Assembly: GCA_965207225.1 (NCBI GenBank)
Contig: CBDBLV010000005.1
Coordinates: 800,001-864,000, forward strand
Direction of reading: 5' to 3'
From: Dehalococcoidia bacterium
GTDB taxonomy: Bacteria > Chloroflexota > Dehalococcoidia > Plut-88900
Length of the DNA: 64,000 nt
The position numbers and the translations under genes are program-made. This document shows positions 47,737 to 57,466 of this stretch, one piece after another; position 1 is the stretch's first letter; the number at the start of each line of letters is the position of its first letter. Below the pieces are notes generated by a model, which was given only the letters and a program-made list of their open reading frames with translations, ran no database searches and was not told the origin of the DNA.

Positions 47737-48134
47737 TCCGCAATCTCCGCGACAACGTCCACTTCCAGCAGCAGCTCCGGCTTCACCAGCCCCGACACCA
47801 CTATTGCGGTCATGCACCTCAGGGGGTCCTCACCCAGCACCTTCCTCCGCGCCCGGGACATCCCCGCAAAGTTGTCAGCTCCCACCACGAACTGGAACCC
47901 CTTCACAACGTCGTCCATCGAAGCCCCGGCAGCCTCAAGCACCTTCTTGATGTTGCCCCAGATGTAGTCACCCTGAGCCTCAACGTCACCCTCACCCACC
48001 ACGTTCCCATCCGGGTCCAGGGCCACCTGCCCCGAGATGTACACCGTATTCCCAGCCCTTATCGCGTGCGCTATCTTCAGGTTGTCCTTGTACGAAAATA
48101 TGCCGTCAACGTTTATCTCTTCCCAGTGATGCAT
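47733..48134 (-). CDS. RidA/YjgF family protein (tandem paralog)
   Basis: YISGQVA, GASMDDVVK, LLEVDV. Confidence 0.87.
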   Translation of the reverse strand: MHHWEEINVDGIFSYKDNLKIAHAIRAGNTVYISGQVALDPDGNVVGEGDVEAQGDYIWGNIKKVLEAAGASMDDVVKGFQFVVGADNFAGMSRARRKVLGEDPLRCMTAIVVSGLVKPELLLEVDVVAEIAE

Positions 48135-48310
48135 CGTTATTCCTCTCTGTTTCTCTGTTCCGGGGCCCGCGCCCCGATTTGCCGCATGGGATGATATTCC
48201 CGTCTTCCGTGGGTGTCAAAGCGGCGCATTTTGCCTGCTCCGCTCACCTTTCCAGGCCGCCGCCCAGACAAAACAGACCCTTTCGGCTCATCCTGTCCTC
48301 CCAGCCCCCA

Positions 48311-48766
48311 TTACCCGACAGGGTCGCTAACCGACTGCTCCTTTGCACTGCAACTACTGCATATGCCGAATATCGCGAAATGGTCCAGGTCAGCCTCGAA
48401 TTCGTACTCCTGCTTGAGGGCCACCCGCACCGGCTCCAGGAACCGGTGATGGTCGATGTCCAGGGTTGTCCCGCACTCCCGGCACACTATGTGGTGGTGC
48501 CGCTGGTCCTGTGTCAGCTCGTACTGGTAGGCCCCGCTCCCGAGGTCTATCTCGACCAGCAGCCGCTGGCGCTTTAGCAGTTGGATCGTCCGGTACACCG
48601 TCGCTATGTCTATGAAAGGATAGCTCTTCTTGACCCTTTCGTGGATATTCTCCGCAGTCATGTGCCCCGAGCTCGACGCAATCGCCGAAAGGATCATCAC
48701 CCGTTGAGGCGTCAGCCTGAAACCTGCAGTTCTCAGGGTTTCTAGGAGCTCGTCTGCCTTCGACAA
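48311..48766 (-). CDS. Fur family transcriptional regulator
   Basis: RLTPQR, ATVYRT, HHHIVCRECG, GICSSC. Confidence 0.92.
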   Translation of the reverse strand: MSKADELLETLRTAGFRLTPQRVMILSAIASSSGHMTAENIHERVKKSYPFIDIATVYRTIQLLKRQRLLVEIDLGSGAYQYELTQDQRHHHIVCRECGTTLDIDHHRFLEPVRVALKQEYEFEADLDHFAIFGICSSCSAKEQSVSDPVG

Positions 48767-48827
48767 TTGTCACACTCCGAGACCTGATCTACAGACACCC
48801 CGCCAATACTGGAGCGCCTTGGGCCCC

Positions 48828-50123
48828 TCACCCGACGGAAACTGAAACGGGCGTCGGCGTACCCTGCAGAGACCACGGCCCCGACTTTTCTATCTTCACG
48901 TTGACCATGCAGCCCGTCAGGTCCTTTTCCTCTACGGGGAAGAAGACCAGCTTGTTCGTGCGTGTGCGCCCCTGCCACTTCCCGCGGTTGCGTCTCTCTA
49001 CCAGCACTTCCTGCTCACTACCAACCAGCGTTTCGTTTATATCCGTAGCTATTCTCTTCTGCACTTCCTCAATCACGTGCAGCCGCCGTATCTTCTCATC
49101 CTGATCGAGGTCGTCGTCGATCTTGCGGAAGGCAATAGTACCGGGCCTCACCGAGTACGGAGCTACGTGCACCTTGTCGAATCGCACTTCCTCCAGAATG
49201 TCCACTGTTCGCTGGAACTGGGCCTGGGTCTCGTTGGCGAATCCCACGATGATGTCTGTGCTCATTGATACGCCCGGGATAGTCTCTCGGATTCGCTCCG
49301 TCAACTCCAGGTACTCCCCCGACGTGTACCCCCGACGCATCACCTCCAGTACATCGTCGTCTCCAGCCTGGATAGGCAGGTTGATGTGCTCACAGACCTT
49401 GGGCAGGGATGCCACCGACTCGATGAGCTTTTGGCTCATGTCGTTGGGATGAGAGGTTAGGAAACGGATCCGCTCTATGCCGTCTATGGGGTCAAGCTCT
49501 GTCAGGAGGTCGGCCAGGTCTGTAGAGTCGGAGAGATCTTGTCCATAGGAGTCGACGTTCTGTCCTAGAAGCGTGACCTCTTTCACACCCTTCTCCGCTA
49601 AAGCCGCAACTTCTTCGAACAGTTCAGGAATGGGCCTGCTGCGCTCCCGCCCCCGGCGATAGGGGATGATGCAGAAAGTGCAGAACTTGTCGCACCCGTG
49701 AATGATCGGTACGTTCACGCTGATCTTCGGGTGTGTGGGTGTCAGTGTTCCCAGGTTGTCAAGGCACGTACCGTCGTCATCCGTCAGGCGGCGAATCAGT
49801 GGGTCGAAACCCTGGGGTCTCATAAAGACATCAACATGAGGAAAGCGCTTTTTGAGCGATTCGTCCCGGGGCCCGACCATGCACCCCATCAGCGCGATGG
49901 TCATGTCCGGGTCCCGACGCTTGAGGGGTTTCAGGGAGTTCAGCCGTCCCGCCACCTTGTCTTCCACGCCCTGCCTGACCACACAGCTGTTCAGCACTAT
50001 TACGTCGGCTTCCTCTATGTCTGGCGAGTGCTTATGCCCCATCTTCTCCAGGGCGCTGGCCAAGCGCTCAGAGTCCGCCTCATTCATCTGGCAGCCTACG
50101 GTCCAAATGTGGTAGCCGGCCAC
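48828..50123 (-). CDS. miaB: tRNA-2-methylthio-N6-dimethylallyladenosine synthase
   Basis: GCQMNEADS, GCDKFCTFC, C-terminal TRAM domain. Confidence 0.94.
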   Translation of the reverse strand: MAGYHIWTVGCQMNEADSERLASALEKMGHKHSPDIEEADVIVLNSCVVRQGVEDKVAGRLNSLKPLKRRDPDMTIALMGCMVGPRDESLKKRFPHVDVFMRPQGFDPLIRRLTDDDGTCLDNLGTLTPTHPKISVNVPIIHGCDKFCTFCIIPYRRGRERSRPIPELFEEVAALAEKGVKEVTLLGQNVDSYGQDLSDSTDLADLLTELDPIDGIERIRFLTSHPNDMSQKLIESVASLPKVCEHINLPIQAGDDDVLEVMRRGYTSGEYLELTERIRETIPGVSMSTDIIVGFANETQAQFQRTVDILEEVRFDKVHVAPYSVRPGTIAFRKIDDDLDQDEKIRRLHVIEEVQKRIATDINETLVGSEQEVLVERRNRGKWQGRTRTNKLVFFPVEEKDLTGCMVNVKIEKSGPWSLQGTPTPVSVSVG

Positions 50124-50126
50124 CCG

Positions 50127-50726
50127 TCAGTCCTCCAGCAGGTCTAGGAAAGCATCGAGGCGCAAGGGATTGGAGTAGAACTTGTACAGCCGCATCATGT
50201 CGTTGTAGTTCTCATCCAGGAGTAGCCCGACCTTGCTCGATACACAGTCCTGGATCGTCACCGTATGGAAGTCGTGCTGGTAGGCGTCTATCACAGTTGT
50301 TAGCACGCACGCGTTGGCCGTCACCCCAGACACCACTATCAGCTCCGTCCGCAGCCCGTTTAGCAGGCCGGCCAAATCCGTCTGAAAGAAACAGCTGAAC
50401 CGACGCTTGTCTATAACATAGTCCCCCGCCCCGGGAGTTAGCTCAGGCACTATCTCGACTCCCATAGTCCCCTCCACGCAGTGTACCGGTTCTGAGTCCC
50501 CCTCCCGACCCCTGTCTACTCCGTTCGCCCGGTGCACTTCTCTTGTGAATATCACGGGCGCTCCCCGGGAGCGCATAACGTCGCATAAGCGACGAGTGTT
50601 GTCGATTAGAGAATCGGCGTCGGCGCAGGCGTAAGGAGACCCGGGATCCAGGAAGTCGTGCTGCATATCTATGACGATAAGCGCCGACCTGTCCATCAGA
50701 CCCGGTATTTGTGACGTTTCAAGCAT
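50127..50726 (-). CDS. Isochorismatase-family cysteine hydrolase
   Basis: IVIDMQHDF, KRRFSCF, GVTANACV. Confidence 0.9.
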   Translation of the reverse strand: MLETSQIPGLMDRSALIVIDMQHDFLDPGSPYACADADSLIDNTRRLCDVMRSRGAPVIFTREVHRANGVDRGREGDSEPVHCVEGTMGVEIVPELTPGAGDYVIDKRRFSCFFQTDLAGLLNGLRTELIVVSGVTANACVLTTVIDAYQHDFHTVTIQDCVSSKVGLLLDENYNDMMRLYKFYSNPLRLDAFLDLLED

Positions 50727-50756
50727 GGCAAAACAGCAATTCAGATTCTTGAAAAG

Positions 50757-50774
50757 TGGCGGAGGGAGTGGGAT
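50757..50774 (-). mobile_element. tRNA 3'-end fragment (probably tRNA-Ser), putative att site
   Basis: Minus strand ATCCCACTCCCTCCGCCA; tRNA similarity stops in the T-loop; composition changes to the right. Confidence 0.75.
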
Positions 50775-51514
50775 CAGTCTTTAGCTATGAATTTGGGTGA
50801 TTTACCTGTTGATTCCCACATCCTTTACCACGATTGGCGGGACTCAGAAATTGAACTTATTCTAGTGCTTCTATTGTATCCACGTGCCCCGTAATTCGTC
50901 CACTTGCGCTGCCCGCAGGCCTGATACCTTCATTGGCGATGAGTACTTGCCAGCAGGTAGGTCTTCGGGTCGGACTGCTTCGGCAAGACACTCAGGTGGG
51001 CTGGATACGCGCGTCCGAATTCTTGAACCTTCAAGCGTAATTCGAGTTCTGGATTGTGGACCCTCGCATGCTTTACTGCGAGATATTTACTAGGGGATCC
51101 CAGCACAAATGAACCTAAGTTGGCGCAACAGGAGTTAACCTGAACCTTTGTCTGTCGAGCTAGAGGTTCACTTGTTCGTACAGAAGCCCTCAAAACATAG
51201 ACAGACAGCGACTTTCAGTCACTTATCCACGATTTGCAGAAGTTGATTGGGTATAGTCTGACTATCCGCGGCCAGGTCAACTGTAGCGAATGAGACACTA
51301 TGGCCTTGGATGATAGCTGACTTGTTGTAGTTAACTCCTAAAGACGGATACAGCAGGACGCCCGTCGACGAGTGCGCGATCGAGTCGTGAAGTGATTCTT
51401 GGGAGCACGAGTAGGTCTAAAGCTGGTACGAATGCCCACTCTTCAGAGTTTGTATTCCAAACTTGCTGTTATCGATGATCGAAGTGAATTTAGTTTCAAT
51501 GTTGATCGTATTTT

Positions 51515-53464
51515 TCAATACGGTTCTGTGATCCAAGTGAGTTTCCGATTGTCTGAACTCGAATCCAAAAGGTCCCTGAAGTCGCTCTCCCAGAATATCA
51601 GGGAGGCCTGAAGCAGCCCTACGTAGAGTTCATCGAAGCCTGCTTTAAGTAGCTCTTCAACAAACCTATCAAAGTCCCAGAAATCCAAGTCAGGTCGGCT
51701 GGCGTAATCGGCTAGCTCAACGTCCTTCGCCATTGATATGAATAGGCCGGACACGCTCTGGATGGGATCCGCGGTGCCCAATGCCTCCTCAACAACTGAC
51801 CGGTGGGTGTCCACGAGACGCAACGTCTCATAAAATTTGCCGATGTGCTGATCAAGGTCGCGCGCAGAGTCAGATTGTCCCTTAACCTCGATGACCTTGC
51901 ACTCACTTCCGGCGGCGGTGAACCGTATCCCGATCGAATCGATTTCTCTCTTGATATCTGGTGGAAATGTCACATTAAGCGATATTCTTACTTGGGGGTA
52001 GCCGGATTGGGAGAGTAACTGGGCGGAGAGCAACTCAGGGATTGCCCTTCTAATACCCTGCATGATCCTCTCCTGCTTTTTGAATTGATCGAGAAGGCGT
52101 AGGAACGGTCGAGAGTCGCAGAGAGACAACAGACTCTCCACGGGCACGTCGTCCAGGTGAGTCCATTCAATGTCCCTGCCCAACCTCTTCGCAAGGTCGT
52201 TGATTAGGGCAACCCGTTGATCGTCGCTCGGGTTCAGCCCCTCGGCTATATATGGGCGGTCGAACACCCACCATTCCGAGGAGGTACCCGAGGACATGCG
52301 CAGCGCCAACGAGACCTCGTTTGGTTCATTCACCTCCGAACCGTGAACTATCCTCAAGATTTCGATGGGGTGCTTATCTGGAAGCTCAAGTGCAAGACCG
52401 GAGACTATGATTTCGATGTGCCTTCTGCTTGCGGAATCACGCGAAGCGATGAGCTTCGGTCGCTTGCCCAGGAGCGCTGCCAGTCTGTCCACGGGGTCGG
52501 CCAACGTCACTTTAGCGGACAGAGACGGCAGGATTCTGGGTGGCAGCGCCGTGGGCTGTTTCAAGCCGTAGTCCAGCCCCTCAAGGTCTAGGCTGGGAGT
52601 GACCCGAAATATACGCCTTCCGGCTTTCCAACATCTGCCCGGGTCTGAGTTCTGTTGAAGCAGTTTGTGAGGGTTCTCCAGGGCTTCACTCCATTGAGCG
52701 GTCTCTTGAAGAGACACTGTGACAGCGGAGAGCTTTCCTATCAACCAATGGGGCTTGAATTCCGTGTGGTCGTATTCCGGCAACATTCTCATTTGGTCAC
52801 GATGGGTTTGAATGTCGAACATCGACTCGCCCGGCAGTTCCAAGTGCTTCCATTCAGTAGCCTTACGCCTCCCATACCGGAACTTCGGAGAGCCTACGTC
52901 TTCGAACCAGGAGGATTGAAGTAGACCGACCGTGCCCAGGAGAAGAATCTGATCAAGACTTTGATTCTGGCCGCTGTCAGCCCGGCCCGAAACACGGCAG
53001 GTGTGCGCAACTTCCAGGAGTTCATCGGCGATCTGCTCCACCCTTTGGTTTACCTCCGATAACTTCTCCCACGAAACGCCTGCACGAAGATACGCTGTTA
53101 TCACATCATCTATACCACTTGTTACCCTAGCAAGCTCGGAATCCGGATCGGTTAAGGCTGCTCTCAACTTCGTCAGATCGTCTCCCTGAACGATGTTCCA
53201 CCACCTGTATAGATGGTAGTCCGGCTCCAATCCGAGAAGTCCCGGAGAGTAGATGATTCCATCGAGGAGGCCCCATAGTCCGGACTGGACGACAAGCTTA
53301 TAGCCAAGGGCCAAGTCATTCTCCTTTACCCCGGTTTCTGAAAAAACATGGTTACGTATCTCCAGCATGCGGTCGAATGCTGTTACGCTGCATAAAGACT
53401 TAATCAGCATCGCATTCGACATTAGTTTGAGGCGGTCGGCTTGGGTCAGTCGGTCTTCAATCAT
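51515..53464 (-). CDS. Hypothetical protein with C-terminal PD-(D/E)XK restriction-endonuclease-like domain
   Basis: PELL..LL..GY..REIDSIG..VIEVK motif order typical of Mrr-like nucleases. Confidence 0.65.
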   Translation of the reverse strand: MIEDRLTQADRLKLMSNAMLIKSLCSVTAFDRMLEIRNHVFSETGVKENDLALGYKLVVQSGLWGLLDGIIYSPGLLGLEPDYHLYRWWNIVQGDDLTKLRAALTDPDSELARVTSGIDDVITAYLRAGVSWEKLSEVNQRVEQIADELLEVAHTCRVSGRADSGQNQSLDQILLLGTVGLLQSSWFEDVGSPKFRYGRRKATEWKHLELPGESMFDIQTHRDQMRMLPEYDHTEFKPHWLIGKLSAVTVSLQETAQWSEALENPHKLLQQNSDPGRCWKAGRRIFRVTPSLDLEGLDYGLKQPTALPPRILPSLSAKVTLADPVDRLAALLGKRPKLIASRDSASRRHIEIIVSGLALELPDKHPIEILRIVHGSEVNEPNEVSLALRMSSGTSSEWWVFDRPYIAEGLNPSDDQRVALINDLAKRLGRDIEWTHLDDVPVESLLSLCDSRPFLRLLDQFKKQERIMQGIRRAIPELLSAQLLSQSGYPQVRISLNVTFPPDIKREIDSIGIRFTAAGSECKVIEVKGQSDSARDLDQHIGKFYETLRLVDTHRSVVEEALGTADPIQSVSGLFISMAKDVELADYASRPDLDFWDFDRFVEELLKAGFDELYVGLLQASLIFWESDFRDLLDSSSDNRKLTWITEPY

Positions 53465-53938
53465 TCGGGCTCTCCAAACTTGACGTTAACTGCCTATTCG
53501 CTGGCTTTATTGGAACAGATCCATGGCATGCAGGTTTACCGGCTCCAGCAACAGATAGTTTACCCATACCCGTTGCTTTTGGACTCCAAAAGGCCTGCCT
53601 GCCCTGTTTGGTAAGGCAGGGCGCTACACCAGGCGTCCCGGTCAGTTTGCGGTGGCGGATACGAGGAGGAGGCCGGTGTCGGCGTATTCGGTGAGCCAGT
53701 CTCTGCCGTCCACGTGGTAATTCGTCCCGTTCGCTAGCGACCAGCCTACCCCGGACGACAGTCCCACAGAGGGGGCGGACTCTACGGAAGTCGTCCTAAA
53801 CGGACGAGTTATGAGTACAGTATGCGGTGGTGGCCTAAACACCCGTTTGTCCACCTGACTGGGGCTGACGGTCCATATGAATAGCCCTACGATGTTCACG
53901 AAGTATTTCCACTGAGATCTAGAACATCGTGAGGTCAT

Positions 53939-54817
53939 ATGAACACTTCAGCCCAAGTCCCGTCAGTTAATTTCCACCTATGGAAGCCCTGCAATATGAA
54001 GTGCAGATTCTGCTTCGCCACTTTCCAGGATGTCGGGCACGTAGTCATGCCTAGCGGACACCTACCCCGCGAAGCGTCCATAGCTGTCGTGGAGGCACTG
54101 GCCGAGGCCGGCTTCGACAAAATCAATTTCGCCGGTGGGGAGCCCATCCTTTGCCCATGGCTACCTGATTTGATACGGCGAGCCCGAGAATTGGGGCTCA
54201 CCACCTCCATAGTCACTAACGGCAGTTTCATCACGCCTGAATGGATGGATCGTGTAGATGGCTGTCTGGACTGGGCGGCGGTAAGCATAGACACGGTGGA
54301 TCCGGAAAAGTTGATGCGCATGGGGAGAAGCACGCGCACCGGTCCAATGAGCGAGGCCGACTACCTGCGGGTCATGGATATGCTCAGACAGCGCGGCATT
54401 CGACTGAAGGTCAATACTGTGGTGACGAGGATAAACTACAATGAGGAATTGGCTGGTTTCATAGCCAAAGCCGGGCCGGAACGCTGGAAACTACTTCAAG
54501 TGCTGCCCGTCAGGGGCCAGAATGATGGATCGGTGGACAGCATGGTGATCACCAGCGAAGAATTCGCCCGCTACGTAGCACGAAATCGATACGTGGAGTC
54601 TAGGGGCATTGTGGTGGTGCCGGAAAGCAATGATCTGATGACCGGCAGCTACGTGATGATCGACCCGGCTGGACGCTTCTTCGACAATGTGGCCGGTACT
54701 CATGTCTACAGCCGCCCCATTAACCAGGTTGGTGTCGAAGCGGCGTTGAGGCAGGTATCGATCGACACAGACAAGTTCAAGTTGCGGGGTGGTCTGTATG
54801 AATGGCAAAGAGCCTGA
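53939..54817 (+). CDS. Prokaryotic viperin (antiviral radical SAM enzyme, RSAD2 homolog)
   Basis: VNFHLWKPCNMKCRFCF, KINFAGGEP, KVNTVV, RWKLLQVL, SYVMIDPAGRF, RGGLYEW. Confidence 0.92.
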   Translation: MNTSAQVPSVNFHLWKPCNMKCRFCFATFQDVGHVVMPSGHLPREASIAVVEALAEAGFDKINFAGGEPILCPWLPDLIRRARELGLTTSIVTNGSFITPEWMDRVDGCLDWAAVSIDTVDPEKLMRMGRSTRTGPMSEADYLRVMDMLRQRGIRLKVNTVVTRINYNEELAGFIAKAGPERWKLLQVLPVRGQNDGSVDSMVITSEEFARYVARNRYVESRGIVVVPESNDLMTGSYVMIDPAGRFFDNVAGTHVYSRPINQVGVEAALRQVSIDTDKFKLRGGLYEWQRA

Positions 54818-54824
54818 GGACTAT

Positions 54825-57383
54825 ATGACTGAACACGAGGTGATGCCCCACCTTCCCACTAGCGGCCAAATACTGGGAGCAATAGTCACAAGACTGGGCA
54901 TCAAACACACCCAATTCCAGAGTCGGACGGCCCGCCGTTACTTCTCAGCCGATTTGGAACACCTCGTTAAGGATTCCTCCAGGGACAAGATCATAGCAAC
55001 GATCGCTGAAGTGCTAACCCGCTCCGGGCTGGTTGCGGCGCCGCAGGAAGAAGTGGACGACTACAGGCAATCTGCGTTGGCCTCCATGCTCCGTTGGCAT
55101 GCCGACCATTGGGACCTGCTGCGGTCGTTCGTTCGCCGTAGGACAATGAGAGTCCTGCCCGGTAACTTGCCAAAGGTGTGGGAGGCATACGTCAGGCTCG
55201 CCATCATCGACCTTGCCCTTAGAGTATCCGCCTATCTGCATCTTGCCGGATCGTCCCCAGCAGCAATGGATTTCCTCGCCTGGGCGAGCCATACAGGTCG
55301 AGGTGGCTATCTCAACCAAAAGCGTCGGCAGACTTCTCTCTCCCTTGAAGAGTTTGCAGAGGCTGTAGGCGTGACAGACAACACCGTCGATGCCTGGATG
55401 TATCACGGTGCTCGGCCGTCCAGTGACAACCTCGCGAAGATAGCCGAGACGCTGGCTAACGAAATTCCAGATTCAAATGCAGCGGACATTGCCCTTGAAC
55501 TGCGGGCCCTGTACTGGGTCAGTGACGTCGCCGCTCTGTTGTCCGAGCACATCGGAGGCCGGGCTACAGAAAAGGTCATCGGGCAATTGCGCCGGTACGC
55601 TGAAGCAACCTATCGTGCAATAGAAGAACAGTTTTCGACCGAAAACCGGTCTGAAGACCTCACGGTGCTGGCGGACTTGGGAGTTGGCGCCCGCCTTGCG
55701 AGACCCCTGCTGGCTTCATTAATCGAACACGAGCCGGATGACGGATGGCGGGAAGATCTTCGGGCCACTGGAATGGACTGGGTCCGACGCGTCCTCTCGG
55801 TAAATCTGGACGTTCACCTTGTGGAGGTGGACGACCTCATCCGTAAGACTGATGGGCGTTTTCTTGACGATTGGGATGTTAGCAACCCCGAGGCTTATGC
55901 TCATTACCGGCGTTCCATGGAACTGCGGATGCAGGGGAAACTCCACGAGGCCCTGGCCGAGGTCGAGATTGCTGTCCGGCTAGACCCCCTGGATCCGGCG
56001 AATCACTGTACGCTGGGGTCAGTGAAGACGGGCATAGGCATTGCACGTGAGGATACGGCTCTTATCAAAGAGGGCCTGAATGCATTGTGGCTGGCGGTGA
56101 CGCTTGACCCCAACTGGATCCTCCCATGGACCGAAATCGGCTTGGTGCTACACCATACCGACAGGTCGGCGGAAGCTGTAGAGCACCTGCGAAACGTGAA
56201 TCCGGAACGCGGACCTCTGGATTCGAAATACTACAGCGCACTAGGGGCTGCATACTGGAAGCTGGGTGAGCTGCCCGAAGCCTTGGCAGCGTTCGAGACG
56301 TCACTCGAACTGGACCCTGAGGAGACTTCCGCTTTGCTGGCAGCATCAGAGCTCGCCTTTTTGATTGGCGACGACGAAAAGCACCGGCGGTATCTCAAAG
56401 GGGCCAGGCATTTCGGAGCGGACGAAGACACCCTCAGAGTTTGGGAACTGCTGCGGCAGTTCGGAGAGAAGGGTCAGGACAAGGCTGAAACGGCCGAGCA
56501 TGACCGGAAAATCGCCATCATGGATGCAGTCATCAAGCTAAACCCTGGCGATGACTATGCCTACTTCGCCAGAGGCCGGTCGCATTTCGCCAAGGGTGAC
56601 GAAGACCTTGCCATTGCGGATTTGGACGCCGTTCTACGGTTGAATCCCGACCATGCGGGGGCCCATCTGATACGGGGCGTTCTGATGGGAAACCGGGGAC
56701 AGTGGAAACGTGTGATCACTGACATGACGGAACTTATCCGGCTCAGACCTGATGACCCTGAGGCCTACTATCGTCGGGGCATGGCCTATGGCGAACTGGA
56801 CCTGTTGGATGAGTCGCTAGTCGATTTGTGCGAAGCCATCCGCCTTAAACCCGATCATGCCGAAGCCCACCGTTCCCGAGGTGATTGCCTTCGTTACAAG
56901 GGAGAATACGATAAGGCAATCGTAGACTTCGATGTCGCACTAGAACTCGACCCGAAGAATGCAGCGGCATACATAGGCCGCGGAGCAGCATACCGCATGA
57001 AGGGTGATCTCGACCTGGCCATTGCAGACTACGACGCAACGTTGCGTCTCAAACCCCGAGACCCGCTTGCTTATAGGTTTCGCGGAGATGCCCACACTGC
57101 CAACAGGAACTACGAGCAGGCTATCTCAGACTGCGACATGGCGCTGAAGCTCAGACCTTGCGACCAGATAGCCTACTTCACTCGCGGCAATGCCCATCTA
57201 TTCAGTGGAAGACTTGAATCGGCGTTAGCGGATTTCAATGCGGCAATTGAACTCGAGCCCGTCAGCGGGCGGTTCATTCATGGCCGTGGGGTAGTTCGCG
57301 AATTGTTGGGCGATGGACAAAGCGCTGGTGAGGACTATCAAAAGGCCAGAGATCTGGGGTACAACGTTGACGATATCGAATAG
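54825..57383 (+). CDS. XRE-type HTH plus multi-TPR protein
   Basis: SLEEFAEAVGVTDNTVDAW..RPS HTH; repeated AY..RG..AI.D...AL.L.P TPR units; RBS TGAGGA overlaps viperin stop (alternative starts 54789/54798). Confidence 0.85.
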   Translation: MTEHEVMPHLPTSGQILGAIVTRLGIKHTQFQSRTARRYFSADLEHLVKDSSRDKIIATIAEVLTRSGLVAAPQEEVDDYRQSALASMLRWHADHWDLLRSFVRRRTMRVLPGNLPKVWEAYVRLAIIDLALRVSAYLHLAGSSPAAMDFLAWASHTGRGGYLNQKRRQTSLSLEEFAEAVGVTDNTVDAWMYHGARPSSDNLAKIAETLANEIPDSNAADIALELRALYWVSDVAALLSEHIGGRATEKVIGQLRRYAEATYRAIEEQFSTENRSEDLTVLADLGVGARLARPLLASLIEHEPDDGWREDLRATGMDWVRRVLSVNLDVHLVEVDDLIRKTDGRFLDDWDVSNPEAYAHYRRSMELRMQGKLHEALAEVEIAVRLDPLDPANHCTLGSVKTGIGIAREDTALIKEGLNALWLAVTLDPNWILPWTEIGLVLHHTDRSAEAVEHLRNVNPERGPLDSKYYSALGAAYWKLGELPEALAAFETSLELDPEETSALLAASELAFLIGDDEKHRRYLKGARHFGADEDTLRVWELLRQFGEKGQDKAETAEHDRKIAIMDAVIKLNPGDDYAYFARGRSHFAKGDEDLAIADLDAVLRLNPDHAGAHLIRGVLMGNRGQWKRVITDMTELIRLRPDDPEAYYRRGMAYGELDLLDESLVDLCEAIRLKPDHAEAHRSRGDCLRYKGEYDKAIVDFDVALELDPKNAAAYIGRGAAYRMKGDLDLAIADYDATLRLKPRDPLAYRFRGDAHTANRNYEQAISDCDMALKLRPCDQIAYFTRGNAHLFSGRLESALADFNAAIELEPVSGRFIHGRGVVRELLGDGQSAGEDYQKARDLGYNVDDIE

Positions 57384-57466
57384 AAAAATGGAAACATTAC
57401 CTGTCGCAAACTGCGCCTGCTTGACCCTTTTGAAATAAGAAAACTCGCTGGGATGTAAACGGATAC

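Noticed and set aside
6-50147. Numerous long antisense and alternate-frame ORFs (e.g. 6871-8241, 11641-12732, 27513-28472)
   Set aside because: Shadows of GC-rich genes on the opposite strand, with low-complexity Pro/Arg/His translations
50775-51514. Genes or RNA in the island's left margin
   Set aside because: Only short motif-less ORFs and no convincing structure; probably degraded sequence
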